This document shows, piece by piece, positions 15,420-25,054 of a DNA stretch of 33,882 bases. Within the stretch, counting starts at the first letter, position 1. Every line of letters begins with the position of its first letter. The notes under the pieces were generated by a model. That model was not told where the DNA came from, searched no databases, and saw nothing but the letters and a program-made list of their open reading frames with translations. The translations under genes and the position numbers were made by a program. Source of the DNA: Polyangiales bacterium. Lineage in GTDB: Bacteria > Myxococcota_A > Polyangia > Polyangiales > Houyiibacteriaceae. The stretch is from the NCBI GenBank assembly GCA_045106895.1, contig JBGCFM010000210.1, forward strand, positions 1 through 33,882, in the 5' to 3' direction.

Positions 15420-15526
15420 GCAAACTTTGCTCGGTCGATTGTACGTTCTTTGTTGTTGTAAGTGCCTGAAAACAAACGTGAAATCGCTACGCGCGTCGTT
15501 GGCCAAGGCCTTGCTCTACCCGAGCC

Positions 15527-16429
15527 ATGTTCTTCGCATCCAAGCTCGTCGCCCTCATCCTTGTCTTCACCATCGGCACCTCCATCATCGCCAGCGCATC
15601 TCCGGTGACCCCGGCGGAGCGGGAGAGCGAGTCTGCATCCGAGGCCGCCGAGGAGAGCGCCGAGAGCGCGGAACTTACGCTTCCTTTCGGCTTCTCCCTC
15701 GACACCCAAATGGCCGTGTACTCGACGCGTTTTCGAACGCATGGACGCAGCCGTGCACGCGCACACAACGTGACGCGGGCCGCCGAGCTCCTGCATCAGA
15801 CCATCATCGCCCCACACGGAACCTTGAGCTTCAATGAGGCCGTCGGAGCGCGCACGCGTGCAAACGGCTTTCGGCGCGCCATGGTCATCGACGGCGGCGA
15901 GCTTGTGCCCGGCATGGGCGGCGGCGTCTGTCAGGTGGCGAGCACTCTCTACGCCGCCGCGCTTGGGGCGGGCCTCGATGTCGTCGACGCGCGACCCCAC
16001 AGCCGCCCCAGCAGCTACATCCCGATGGGTCTCGACGCGACGGTGTCTTACCCAAACCTGGACCTCGTTCTCAGCAACCCCTTCGACTTTCCGATCCAAG
16101 TGCTCGCTCATGCGAGTGAAGGCGTGATGGTCGTGGAGCTCATCGGACAGGCGCGGCCCATCGAAACAAGCGTGCGCCGCCGTGTCCTGAGCCGGCAGCC
16201 CTTCGAGGAGCGCATCGTCGAAGACCCCGCCATGCCCGTCGGTACGCGTGAGGTCACCCAAGAGGGCATTCGAGGCGCACGTATTGTCGTCACGCGGACT
16301 CTGAGGGACGAGAGCGGCGCGACCCGCGAAGAGCGAAACGTCGTGCGTTACCCTCCGACGGACGAGATCATCCGCGTGGGCTCGCAGGCTCCGTCGGGTC
16401 TCGCGCGCCTGACGTCCTGGCTTCGCTGA
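15527..16429 (+). CDS. VanW-family protein with G5-like C-terminus
   Basis: LSFNEAVG, GGGVCQVASTLY, PHS...GLDATV; EVTQEGIRG...EIIRVG. Confidence 0.88.
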   Translation: MFFASKLVALILVFTIGTSIIASASPVTPAERESESASEAAEESAESAELTLPFGFSLDTQMAVYSTRFRTHGRSRARAHNVTRAAELLHQTIIAPHGTLSFNEAVGARTRANGFRRAMVIDGGELVPGMGGGVCQVASTLYAAALGAGLDVVDARPHSRPSSYIPMGLDATVSYPNLDLVLSNPFDFPIQVLAHASEGVMVVELIGQARPIETSVRRRVLSRQPFEERIVEDPAMPVGTREVTQEGIRGARIVVTRTLRDESGATREERNVVRYPPTDEIIRVGSQAPSGLARLTSWLR

Positions 16430-16510
16430 CAACACGGCGGAGTCCCAGCACGTCGCGGGACAAGCTGTCGTCGATGTCCGGCGCCGCGGAGCGGAGAACG
16501 CGCACTTTGA

Positions 16511-17449
16511 GTGCATGACTCGGTGGCACGCGCGTTGCTCTTTGAGCACGTAATGTGCACCACGAAGAGACACTCTATGGCCGCGATATGCGCGTTCATC
16601 GCGCCCTTCTGCATGCTCGTGCCCGGCGAACTTGGGGGCGTGGGGGCGACGCTCTTTGCGCTCATCGCTTGGGCTTCCGCTACGCAGACATCCATCGAGC
16701 CCGCGATCATTCTCGTCTTTGTTCTCTTCGGCTTTGGAGCCGCGAACGCGCACCCCTACTTGCAGTGGGCGGTGTGCCTCGGCGTACCGTTTGGTGTCAC
16801 CGTCTTGATCAGTCTCTGCGAAGGGCGCATTCGACCACGCGCCTGGTTCCGACTTCTCCGCGGAGCCCTCGCCCGACTCTTCGCGACCCCGGGGACTCGC
16901 GGCACCATTCATGCGCGTTGGTTCGCTTTTGGCTTCTGGCTCGTGTTCCTCATCATCGCCGTTCAGACCGAGCACGCGCAGGCGCACTACCTCCAGGCTT
17001 GGCTGGTCGCGTTCCTCATGATGTGGGCGCTGCGTTGGTCGGTGCCGCGTTGGGAGCCGGCGAGGCTGGCGCGGCTGTCCCTCGCGTTCAGCGCGCAGCC
17101 GTTGCTCTACACCTTCACCTCGCACCCGAGCATGATCCGCTCTTCGTCTCTCACGTACGTCCCCATCGCGTGTATGTCTCTCGCGGCTCTTTGGCTCATC
17201 GCGGAGTGCTGGCGCGATTGGCGCATTCTCGCTGGACGCCACCCGCGCTGGACCCTCGCCGAACGAAAGGCCGAAGGAAAACGCCATCGCCACTTGATTC
17301 GCGAGCGAGTGGTCCAAACGAGCTACCGAGACTCCACGCAGGGGAGCGTCGTAGGCTCCCTTCCGCAGCGAGCCAGCTTTGGCACGGAGGTCTGCGTCTT
17401 CCTTGTCTTCACCGCCGCCTTTCAGTTCTTCAAGCTCTTGCTCTTCTGA
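16511..17449 (+). CDS. Hypothetical multi-pass membrane protein
   Basis: Many hydrophobic helices; fills gap co-directionally; start uncertain. Confidence 0.6.
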   Translation: MHDSVARALLFEHVMCTTKRHSMAAICAFIAPFCMLVPGELGGVGATLFALIAWASATQTSIEPAIILVFVLFGFGAANAHPYLQWAVCLGVPFGVTVLISLCEGRIRPRAWFRLLRGALARLFATPGTRGTIHARWFAFGFWLVFLIIAVQTEHAQAHYLQAWLVAFLMMWALRWSVPRWEPARLARLSLAFSAQPLLYTFTSHPSMIRSSSLTYVPIACMSLAALWLIAECWRDWRILAGRHPRWTLAERKAEGKRHRHLIRERVVQTSYRDSTQGSVVGSLPQRASFGTEVCVFLVFTAAFQFFKLLLF

Positions 17450-17495
17450 CCAAATCGGGGCTTCTTTCCGGGCCGTTTGGCACTAGACCCAGCCC

Positions 17496-17891
17496 ATGGG
17501 TCGCAGAGTCATGGTCGTCGGCGCGTCCGTCGCGCTTACGCTGCTTGTTCTCGACCTCGCCTTCCTCGGCGTCGTCGCCAAGCCCGTCTACGACGCTGCC
17601 CTCGGAGGTCTTCGGCGCCAACCGGTCTACTGGCCGCCCGCGTTGATTTTCTACGCCATTTACGTGTTCGCGATCAGCCGCTTCGCCGTCATGCGCGCGT
17701 CGAATCGGCGCGACGCGCTCAAGCGTGGCGCGTCGTTGGGCTTTGTCGCCTACGCCACGTTTGAACTCACGAGCTGGGCCGTGCTGGCGGGCTGGCCTTC
17801 CTTTTTGGTGCCCATCGATATCGCCTGGGGAGTCGTGCTCACCGGAGCGACGGCCCTCGCCGGGCGCGTGAGCATGGAGCGACTCGGATGA
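17496..17891 (+). CDS. DUF2177-family membrane protein
   Basis: LDLAFLG, YATFELT.WA.LAGWP...DIAWG. Confidence 0.82.
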   Translation: MGRRVMVVGASVALTLLVLDLAFLGVVAKPVYDAALGGLRRQPVYWPPALIFYAIYVFAISRFAVMRASNRRDALKRGASLGFVAYATFELTSWAVLAGWPSFLVPIDIAWGVVLTGATALAGRVSMERLG

Positions 17892-18679
17892 TGGGGGCCG
17901 TCGGCATCAACGCCCTCGTCGTCCTCGGCGCAGTGTCGCTTCTTTGGGTCGTCAGCGTCTTCAAGCGAGACGCCAGCATCGTCGATCCGTTGTGGGCGCC
18001 GCTCTTCGCCATCATCACTGCCTCCTCCCTCGCGCAGAGCACGCTCTCGCCGGCCAAGCTTCTCCTCGCCGCTATGGTTTTCGCCTGGGCCGCGCGCCTC
18101 GGTGGCTACCTGCTCTGGCGCAACTGGGGTCAGCCCGAGGACTTTCGCTATCAGGCCTTCCGCAAGAACTACGGCCCTGAGCGCTACTGGTGGTTCAGCT
18201 TCTTCCAAGTGTTCCTCCTCCAGGGGGCGCTCGCGTTCTTCGTGTCGGCGCCTCTTCAGGTCGCGACGCTGAGCGCGACTCCGGATGCCATCGGCGCCTT
18301 CGACATCGCCGGCGCGCTGATCTTCGGAGTGGGCTTTGTGTTCGAAGCGCTCGGTGACTATCAGCTGCTGACGTTCAAGAAAGACCCACACAACAAGGGC
18401 AAGCTCTTGACGCGCGGGCTCTGGGCGTGGACGCGACACCCCAACTACTTCGGCAACGCGGCGATGTGGTGGGGCTTCGGCTTGAGCGCCTTCGACTTCA
18501 CTTCCTTCGAGACCAGCGTCTCGGGCGTCGTCGCCTTTCTCGGGCCGCTCCTGATGACCTTCCTCTTGCTTCGTGTGTCCGGCGTATCGCTTCTTGAGAA
18601 GCACCTCGCGAAGACCAAGCCCGGCTTTGAAGAGTACATGGCCAACACGCCTGCGTTCTTTCCGCGGCCTCCACGCTAG
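17888..18679 (+). CDS. DUF1295 (steroid 5-alpha-reductase-like) membrane protein
   Basis: SIVD, EDFRY, DYQL..FK, GLWAWTRHPNYFG, SGV..LE. Confidence 0.9.
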   Translation: MMGAVGINALVVLGAVSLLWVVSVFKRDASIVDPLWAPLFAIITASSLAQSTLSPAKLLLAAMVFAWAARLGGYLLWRNWGQPEDFRYQAFRKNYGPERYWWFSFFQVFLLQGALAFFVSAPLQVATLSATPDAIGAFDIAGALIFGVGFVFEALGDYQLLTFKKDPHNKGKLLTRGLWAWTRHPNYFGNAAMWWGFGLSAFDFTSFETSVSGVVAFLGPLLMTFLLLRVSGVSLLEKHLAKTKPGFEEYMANTPAFFPRPPR

Positions 18680-18745
18680 CCATTGGTTCGGCGAAGGGCT
18701 CCGCCCACCTTGGCAAGAGCAAGGCGATCCCGTTACCTTACGCGA

Positions 18746-20032
18746 ATGAACGGACTCGCGCGTGCCTGGTTGGCGGCCTTCAGCGTGCTCGCTGCATGTT
18801 CCAACAATGGCAGCGAGATCTCAGTCACCCTGCGTACTGACTACGTACCGCAAGTGGAGTTCGATGAGGTCCGAGTATTCCTCGCCATGGACGGCGGCCG
18901 CGAAGAAGTGCTCTCGCAGTCCGCGCGTTCGCTCGACTATGTGCAAGGTCAGCGAATCGTCACGTTTGAGGACATCGTTCCTGGGGACTACCGTCTCCGT
19001 GCTCAATTGCATCGAGGTAACGTGATCGTTGGCTCCCGCTCGGTGGGCTTTTCGCCGACGCAGGATACAAACGCCACTCTGATCGTGACCCGCTCCTGCG
19101 AAGGTGTGATGTGCCCTGGCGCCGACCCCATGGCGACGGAGTGTTCCGGAGGGCGTTGCGTCTTGCCCGCATGCTCGCCCGAAGCACCGGCTGCATGCGG
19201 CGAAGGCTGCGTGGTGGATGGGGACTGCGTCGCGACGGCTGCGTGCGCGGAAGGACGTTGCACGACGGAAGGCTCGTGTGTGTTTACGGGCGCCGCCGGC
19301 GCTTGTGGCGACTCGGAGTACTGCGACGCGCAGGTCGGCTGTTTGCCTCGGTGCGCGAATGGGTCTTGCGGAGACGCTGGCGTCTTGGATGCGCGACCTC
19401 TCGGCTACGTCTGGCGCACTGGGGAGTTCGGCGCTTGCTCGGCGGGCTGCGGCGTCGGAGAAGAGAGCCGGACCGTGACCTGCGTCGATTCGGCAGGCGC
19501 GGAAGTCGATGGCTCGCTGTGTACAGGACCCGCCCCCGACGCTACTCGAGGTTGCGACGCAGGTTCGCCAACGTGCGGTCTGGGCGAGTGGTCCGAGTTC
19601 GATGGATGCGATTCAATGTGCACGCAGACCCAGACGCGTTCTTGCGACGTTCAGGGCCATTGCGCCGAGGCAACCGAACAAACGCGCGAGTGTTCGGGGG
19701 GAAGTTGCTGCCCTCGTGCGGGCGATACGTGTGGACCCACCACCTATCGGCAGTCAGGGGGATGGACATGCCGGGACGACGGACCGGGCGACTTCAACCA
19801 GCTCTTCTACTCCAACTACATCTTCGTCGAGCGTCGATGCAATGCGTCACGAACCTGTGTTCCTCAAGATCTCCTGCGGAGCCTGGAGTGTATCTGCAGC
19901 GAAGCCGGTCCGGGATGCAGCAGCCCTAGCAGCGGCTGCGAGGGTGAGATCGCTTTCGCGCGCTGCCGGGACGCCTCGACGGGCGACCGCGGCGACTGCC
20001 CGAGCACGGATGTGTACGCAGAGTGTTTCTGA
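18746..20032 (+). CDS. Cys-rich lipoprotein with thrombospondin type-1-like repeats
   Basis: Lipobox LAAC; WRTGEFGACSAGCGVGEESRTVTC and WSEFDGCDSMCTQTQTRSC. Confidence 0.75.
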   Translation: MNGLARAWLAAFSVLAACSNNGSEISVTLRTDYVPQVEFDEVRVFLAMDGGREEVLSQSARSLDYVQGQRIVTFEDIVPGDYRLRAQLHRGNVIVGSRSVGFSPTQDTNATLIVTRSCEGVMCPGADPMATECSGGRCVLPACSPEAPAACGEGCVVDGDCVATAACAEGRCTTEGSCVFTGAAGACGDSEYCDAQVGCLPRCANGSCGDAGVLDARPLGYVWRTGEFGACSAGCGVGEESRTVTCVDSAGAEVDGSLCTGPAPDATRGCDAGSPTCGLGEWSEFDGCDSMCTQTQTRSCDVQGHCAEATEQTRECSGGSCCPRAGDTCGPTTYRQSGGWTCRDDGPGDFNQLFYSNYIFVERRCNASRTCVPQDLLRSLECICSEAGPGCSSPSSGCEGEIAFARCRDASTGDRGDCPSTDVYAECF

Positions 20033-20072
20033 AGCGCTTCGTTTTCGTTCCGCCGCTAGAGCGCGCGAACGC

Positions 20073-21182
20073 CTACCACTGAAGGGGCATCGGCGTCGTG
20101 ACGTCGCGGTCCCGAGACCCGACGCCGGCGCGGTTTTCACCTCCGCGGTTCCAGCCCCAGCATCGCCAAGGGCCCGCGTCGCCGGCGATGCACTGAATAC
20201 GGCTGTGCATCTCGATGCGCGTTACGCCGCTGACGCCGGGCAGGGCGCTGGGGACGATGACGATGCCGCCCATCTCCGGCGTCGGCACATGAAGCTCGCC
20301 GCGACGGTTGACGCCCATGCACTGCGGGGTCCCGTCGATGAGCACGCACATATTCTCGCCGGCGAGGGCGATGGCGGTGGCACCGGCGATGGTGGGATGT
20401 CGCACGGGACGGTGCGCCGGCCCTGTTTGGCCGTGGTTGGAGAAGTCCTGGCCCCAGCAGCGGATGCCGCCGTCGGTGTTCAGCACGCAGCTGAACCCAT
20501 CGCCGAGGGCGACGCTCTGGATCGGGCCGGTGCCGCGCACCACGCGAGGTGCCGCGCGCTCCCCGCGTCTGGAGCCCGCTTGTCCGTAGGAGTTACTTCC
20601 CCAGCAAGTCAGGCGCTCGCGGGCATCGAGGACACAAAAGTGGGAGTGCCCCGCGAAGAGACGGGTGGCGTTGCGAACGCGCGGTACCTGCACGGGGGCA
20701 GCGCTTCCTTCGCGCACCCCGGGGCCCAGCTGTCCGTAGTTGCCGTGACCCCAGCACCAGACCGTGCCGTTTTCGGCGCGCGCGCACGCGCTGAAGTTGC
20801 CCAAGCCGAGCTCAGCGATGGGCGGCAAGCCGCTCATGGCGATGGGCGTCGCGCTCTGCTCCATTCCAGCAGCGGCGGGTCCAAGCTGACCGTAGCGGTT
20901 GTGACCCCAACAGCTCACGTCGCCTCCGGTGCGTGCACAGGCATAGGAGTAGCCCGCATCGATCTCGTCGACGCCGCTTAGTCCGGCGATGGGCCGTGTG
21001 GTCGACCCGCGCTCGTCCACGCCGCACTGCCCTTGCCTGGAATAGCCCCAGCAGCGAACGCCCCCGTCTTCGCCAAGCCCGCAACCAAAGCCGTTGCCGA
21101 GAGCGACATCGACGGGGCCTTGGGCGCTAAGCGGAGCCGTCGTGAAGAGTGCGAGTGAGGCGACGACAAGGGCAAAACGCAT
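20073..21182 (-). CDS. Secreted RCC1/BLIP-II repeat protein
   Basis: Repeated CA...G.V.CWG.N.YGQLG units; signal peptide. Confidence 0.88.
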   Translation of the reverse strand: MRFALVVASLALFTTAPLSAQGPVDVALGNGFGCGLGEDGGVRCWGYSRQGQCGVDERGSTTRPIAGLSGVDEIDAGYSYACARTGGDVSCWGHNRYGQLGPAAAGMEQSATPIAMSGLPPIAELGLGNFSACARAENGTVWCWGHGNYGQLGPGVREGSAAPVQVPRVRNATRLFAGHSHFCVLDARERLTCWGSNSYGQAGSRRGERAAPRVVRGTGPIQSVALGDGFSCVLNTDGGIRCWGQDFSNHGQTGPAHRPVRHPTIAGATAIALAGENMCVLIDGTPQCMGVNRRGELHVPTPEMGGIVIVPSALPGVSGVTRIEMHSRIQCIAGDAGPWRCWGWNRGGENRAGVGSRDRDVTTPMPLQW

Positions 21183-21214
21183 AACGGAATCATAGCCGCA
21201 TGCGCGTGATTGCC

Positions 21215-22138
21215 CTAATTGATCTCGTAGGAGAGGCCGAGCTTCCAGGCGGGGGCCGCGGGGACGTTTCGTGCCGCAAAAGCGCCGTCCATCCCGAAGC
21301 TCACGCTCCAACCAGGGACCATGCGGAACGAGATCTCCGCGCCAAAGCTCGTGTAGTCGACGCCGTCACCGAGGCCGGCGAAGCGAGCTGGTCCTTCGGT
21401 GTTGTCGCGGTCTTGAACGATGAGGAGGCCGCCCACGCGAAGGACAAACCAGAAACGCTCAATGAACGGTCGGTCGACACGAATGCCGGTCTCAATACGC
21501 CAGGAGAACTGGTCCCGGATGTCCCCGGGGGTGAGTCCACCAGGAGCACTTCGTGGCGTAGTCCGGATGACGTAGCCGGCGTCCGCGAGCACATATTGCT
21601 GCACTTTGCGCCAGCCGAAGCCGTGACCTGCGGCGAGACGAAGGGCCACGTCGACCTCTCCATCGCCCGTGGGCAAGACGCTCGCTCGCGTCTGAGCCAG
21701 CGCGTCGCTCCCGGCTGGGGCCTCAGGGGTCTCGTCACCCGTGGGGATGCCAACGTGCACTCCAAAAGAGAGCCGAAAGGGGGCCTCGAGGAGGCCAGTC
21801 CACGCGCCGATGCCAATGTCGCCGAGCCCGCTGACGGCGGCTTGGTCGGTGAGAACGTTGCGCCGAAAGAGCTCGCCATCGACGGTCAGCATGAGCCAGC
21901 GATCGACGACGCCGGCTTCGGCATAGAGGCCCACGGCGTGCTGACGATACGGGAGAATATCGCCGACGCTTCCGTCGGGGTTGTAGATCCGCTCTGCGCG
22001 AATGAGCCGGTAGTTGAGCTGCACGAAGGCTGACCCAGGGTCGCGAATCCACGCTTGGGCCTGGGCATCGCCATGGTCTGCGTGCACAGCCACGAACGTG
22101 AGCGTCGCGAGGAGGAGCGAAACGAATGAGCGATTCAC
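21215..22138 (-). CDS. Secreted protein, probable outer-membrane beta-barrel
   Basis: Signal peptide, amphipathic strands, C-terminal LGLSYEIN. Confidence 0.6.
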   Translation of the reverse strand: MNRSFVSLLLATLTFVAVHADHGDAQAQAWIRDPGSAFVQLNYRLIRAERIYNPDGSVGDILPYRQHAVGLYAEAGVVDRWLMLTVDGELFRRNVLTDQAAVSGLGDIGIGAWTGLLEAPFRLSFGVHVGIPTGDETPEAPAGSDALAQTRASVLPTGDGEVDVALRLAAGHGFGWRKVQQYVLADAGYVIRTTPRSAPGGLTPGDIRDQFSWRIETGIRVDRPFIERFWFVLRVGGLLIVQDRDNTEGPARFAGLGDGVDYTSFGAEISFRMVPGWSVSFGMDGAFAARNVPAAPAWKLGLSYEIN

Positions 22139-22737
22139 GGTGCCACCAACTGAGCGCGCGCGGTCTCAACGCCGAAAGGTTCGCAGTAGATGAAGATGTA
22201 CGCGTCGTCGGGCACCGAGGCTGCGCTGAACGGGAATGTGCCCGCTCCGGCGATCTGCTCGGCGTTGAGGGACGTGACGACGATGTCATCCGCGCCGAGA
22301 CGGGTCCCGATCGCGTCGCGGGGGGTGACGACGACGACGGGTCCGGGAACCGCGGCGCTGGAGAAGGTGTCCGAGAGCACGACCTGATATTCGCCGGGGG
22401 ATAGCTCTTCGAGGCGAACGTCTCCCATCGCGGGGTAGCCGCCGCGCCCTTCGAAGCTGCCACTTCCCAAGAGAGTCGGAGACGCGGGACCTGCATCGGT
22501 GGGAGGCGGACCGCTGTCCATGCCGGACCCGGCGTCTTCACCCGGAGCAGCGTCAGCCGGCGCAGCGTCAACCGGCGCAGCGTCAACCGGCGCGCCTGCG
22601 TCGTTCGTGCCTCCGTCGGGCGCGTTTGAGTCCGCGGAGGCGTCGAACATTTCACCGTTCGGCGGTGGGGTGAGGTCCGTGAAAATGGCTTCGCATCCGA
22701 ACACGAAGAGCAGGAATATCAAGGGCAGCGAACGCAT
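22135..22737 (-). CDS. DM13-domain lipoprotein
   Basis: Lipobox VFGC, DA-rich linker, GSFEG..GY...G.V, PGP, IYCEPFGV. Confidence 0.7.
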   Translation of the reverse strand: MRSLPLIFLLFVFGCEAIFTDLTPPPNGEMFDASADSNAPDGGTNDAGAPVDAAPVDAAPADAAPGEDAGSGMDSGPPPTDAGPASPTLLGSGSFEGRGGYPAMGDVRLEELSPGEYQVVLSDTFSSAAVPGPVVVVTPRDAIGTRLGADDIVVTSLNAEQIAGAGTFPFSAASVPDDAYIFIYCEPFGVETARAQLVAP

Positions 22738-22958
22738 AAAGCTACGACGCTCATCGCGCCGACAAGTTACGACGAGCACTCAAGTTTAAGCGCCGAAGGA
22801 CCTTGAAAAATTCGCACGTGGTGTTCGCAGAAATCGAACTGCGTGAACCCTGGCAGAACGCCACACATCCACAGAAACGCCCCACCCGCCCGCGCCAATC
22901 AGGCCTGCTATCTCGCAGGCTCTTCCCTCCTGGCATCGTCCGTGCACTGTTCAGAGGC

Positions 22959-23378
22959 ATGGAAAACTATCAACACACGACAGCCGCTGAAAGTGCTGCA
23001 CGCGTCTCACCGACGTCCCACATGAGTCCTGAACCCGAGCTCGCTCGCATGGCGGCGCTCGAGCGTCCACACGCGCCGCGACACCTGCGACCGCTCACCC
23101 GTGCTCTTTGGGGAATTGTGGCGGCGGTTCCCGCTCTCGCGTTCTTCACCTCGGCGATGAGCAGCGGGCCCGTAAGCATCCTCTTGGCCGGCTTTGGCCT
23201 CTTCTGGTGTGGCCTCTGCCTCGTCTTCTTCGGAAGCCACCTTTTTCGCGCGCCTCTATCCTTCGCTCGCCGTCGCCTTTGGGCTGCGGCTCTGCTCTTC
23301 ATGACGCCCATCGCGGCGCCCCTCTTTTGGTGGCGCTGGATTCAGAACGCTCCCGAAGGACGCGTGCAGCACGCGTGA
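22959..23378 (+). CDS. Hypothetical membrane protein
   Basis: Three hydrophobic segments; start uncertain. Confidence 0.55.
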   Translation: MENYQHTTAAESAARVSPTSHMSPEPELARMAALERPHAPRHLRPLTRALWGIVAAVPALAFFTSAMSSGPVSILLAGFGLFWCGLCLVFFGSHLFRAPLSFARRRLWAAALLFMTPIAAPLFWWRWIQNAPEGRVQHA

Positions 23379-23410
23379 CGGGATCGCGCGGATGTGTGTA
23401 GGCTGCCGCC

Positions 23411-25045
23411 ATGCGCACGCTACCGACCCTTGAAACCAAGCCCGAAGTACTCCTCTCACTCGACGGACTTGAACAGAACACGCCAACCTATGCGATCGCC
23501 GGAGGCGTCGATCTTGTGGTTGTACGCGTCGGCGATGACGTCAGCGTTCTGTACGGACGTTGCCTTCACCGCGGCGCGTTGATGTCGGATGGACACGTCG
23601 ATGGCGATAACCTGATCTGCGGGCTGCACGGTTGGGACTACCGAATCGACACCGGCGTCAGTGCCTACAACAACGCGGAGGTTCTTCCGAAGTTCCAGTC
23701 GTGGGTCGAAGACGGAAACGTCATCATCGACCGGGCGGAAATCGACGCGTGGGCCGCCGACCACCCGCAGCCTTACGCACGGGAGGAATACCTAGGCCTC
23801 TACCAGGACCCACACGGGACGAAGGACGAGGACAAGAACGGCTACATCCAGCAGCTCGCCCGCGAAGGCCTCTCCAAGCTTGGCCATCACGGCGCGATGA
23901 GCGCGATGGGCGTCGGACGGACTGAGCTGCCACGCTGGGCGGACCTGCAGATCGTGACGGCGCAGCTCTGGAAAAAGCCCCTCCTCGATGACGCGCAGGT
24001 GGACACGGAGTTCGTCCTTGGACCGCGCGCCAAGAAGCCGCTGAAGATGAAGATCCCCATCTTCGTCAGCGATATGTCCTACGGCGCTCTCAGCGAAGAG
24101 GCGAAGGTCGCCCTCGCGATGGGCGCGGAGATGGCCGGTACCGGGATTTGCTCCGGTGAAGGCGGCATGCTGCCCGAAGAGCAAGCGGCGAATACACGTT
24201 ACCTCTACGAGCTCGCGTCGGCGCGTTTTGGCTGGTCCATCGACAAGGTCAAGAAGTGCCAGGCGTTTCACTTTAAGGCAGGTCAGGGCGCGAAGACCGG
24301 CACCGGCGGTCATCTGCCCGGCGAAAAAGTGAAGGGCAAGATCGCGCAGGTGCGTGAGCTCAAGGAAGGCGAGCCGGCGGTCTCCCCTTCGACGTTCAAG
24401 GACCTCAATACGCCCGCAGATTTTCGCGCCCTCGCGGACGAAGTGCGCGAGGTTAGTGGCGGCATTCCGATTGGATTCAAGCTCTCGGCGCAGCACATCG
24501 AGCGCGACATTCACTTCGCGCTCGAGGCCGGCGCTGACTACATCATCATGGACGGTCGTGGTGGAGGTACCGGCGCCGCGCCGACGATTTTCAAGGACAA
24601 TATCTCTGTGCCGACGATGGCGGCCATCGCTCGGAGCCGTCGCTACCTCGACGCCAGCGGCGCACGCGACGTCTCGCTCGTCGCCACGGGGGGTCTTCGT
24701 ACGGAGTCCGATTTCGTGAAGGCCCTGGCTCTCGGCGCGGATGCCATCGCCGTGAGCAACAGCGCGCTTCAGGCCATCGGCTGTCTCGGTATGCGCGCAT
24801 GCCATACCAACAACTGCCCCGTGGGCATCGCGACGCAGAAGAAGGACCTGCGCGCTCGCCTGGAGATCGAGAAGAGCGCGAAGCGTCTCGAGCGCTTCTT
24901 TGAAGCCACGACGGAACTTATGCAGGTCCTCGCGCGCGCCTGCGGGCACGAGTCACTCAGCGACTTCAGCCTGGCGGATCTGACGACCTACAAGCGTGAC
25001 ATCGCAGAGTTGACGGGGGCTGCATTCGGCGGCGTCGGCGCCTAG
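23411..25045 (+). CDS. Rieske [2Fe-2S] + FMN-binding glutamate synthase-family protein
   Basis: CLHRG...CGLHGW; MSYGALS, SGEGG, GQGAKTGTGGHLP, DGRGGGTGAAP, CLGMRACHTNNCPVGIATQ. Confidence 0.92.
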   Translation: MRTLPTLETKPEVLLSLDGLEQNTPTYAIAGGVDLVVVRVGDDVSVLYGRCLHRGALMSDGHVDGDNLICGLHGWDYRIDTGVSAYNNAEVLPKFQSWVEDGNVIIDRAEIDAWAADHPQPYAREEYLGLYQDPHGTKDEDKNGYIQQLAREGLSKLGHHGAMSAMGVGRTELPRWADLQIVTAQLWKKPLLDDAQVDTEFVLGPRAKKPLKMKIPIFVSDMSYGALSEEAKVALAMGAEMAGTGICSGEGGMLPEEQAANTRYLYELASARFGWSIDKVKKCQAFHFKAGQGAKTGTGGHLPGEKVKGKIAQVRELKEGEPAVSPSTFKDLNTPADFRALADEVREVSGGIPIGFKLSAQHIERDIHFALEAGADYIIMDGRGGGTGAAPTIFKDNISVPTMAAIARSRRYLDASGARDVSLVATGGLRTESDFVKALALGADAIAVSNSALQAIGCLGMRACHTNNCPVGIATQKKDLRARLEIEKSAKRLERFFEATTELMQVLARACGHESLSDFSLADLTTYKRDIAELTGAAFGGVGA

Positions 25046-25054
25046 GCACCTGCC

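Noticed and set aside
23411..25045. Rieske-glutamate synthase fusion as a novelty
   Set aside because: Known, recurrent domain architecture
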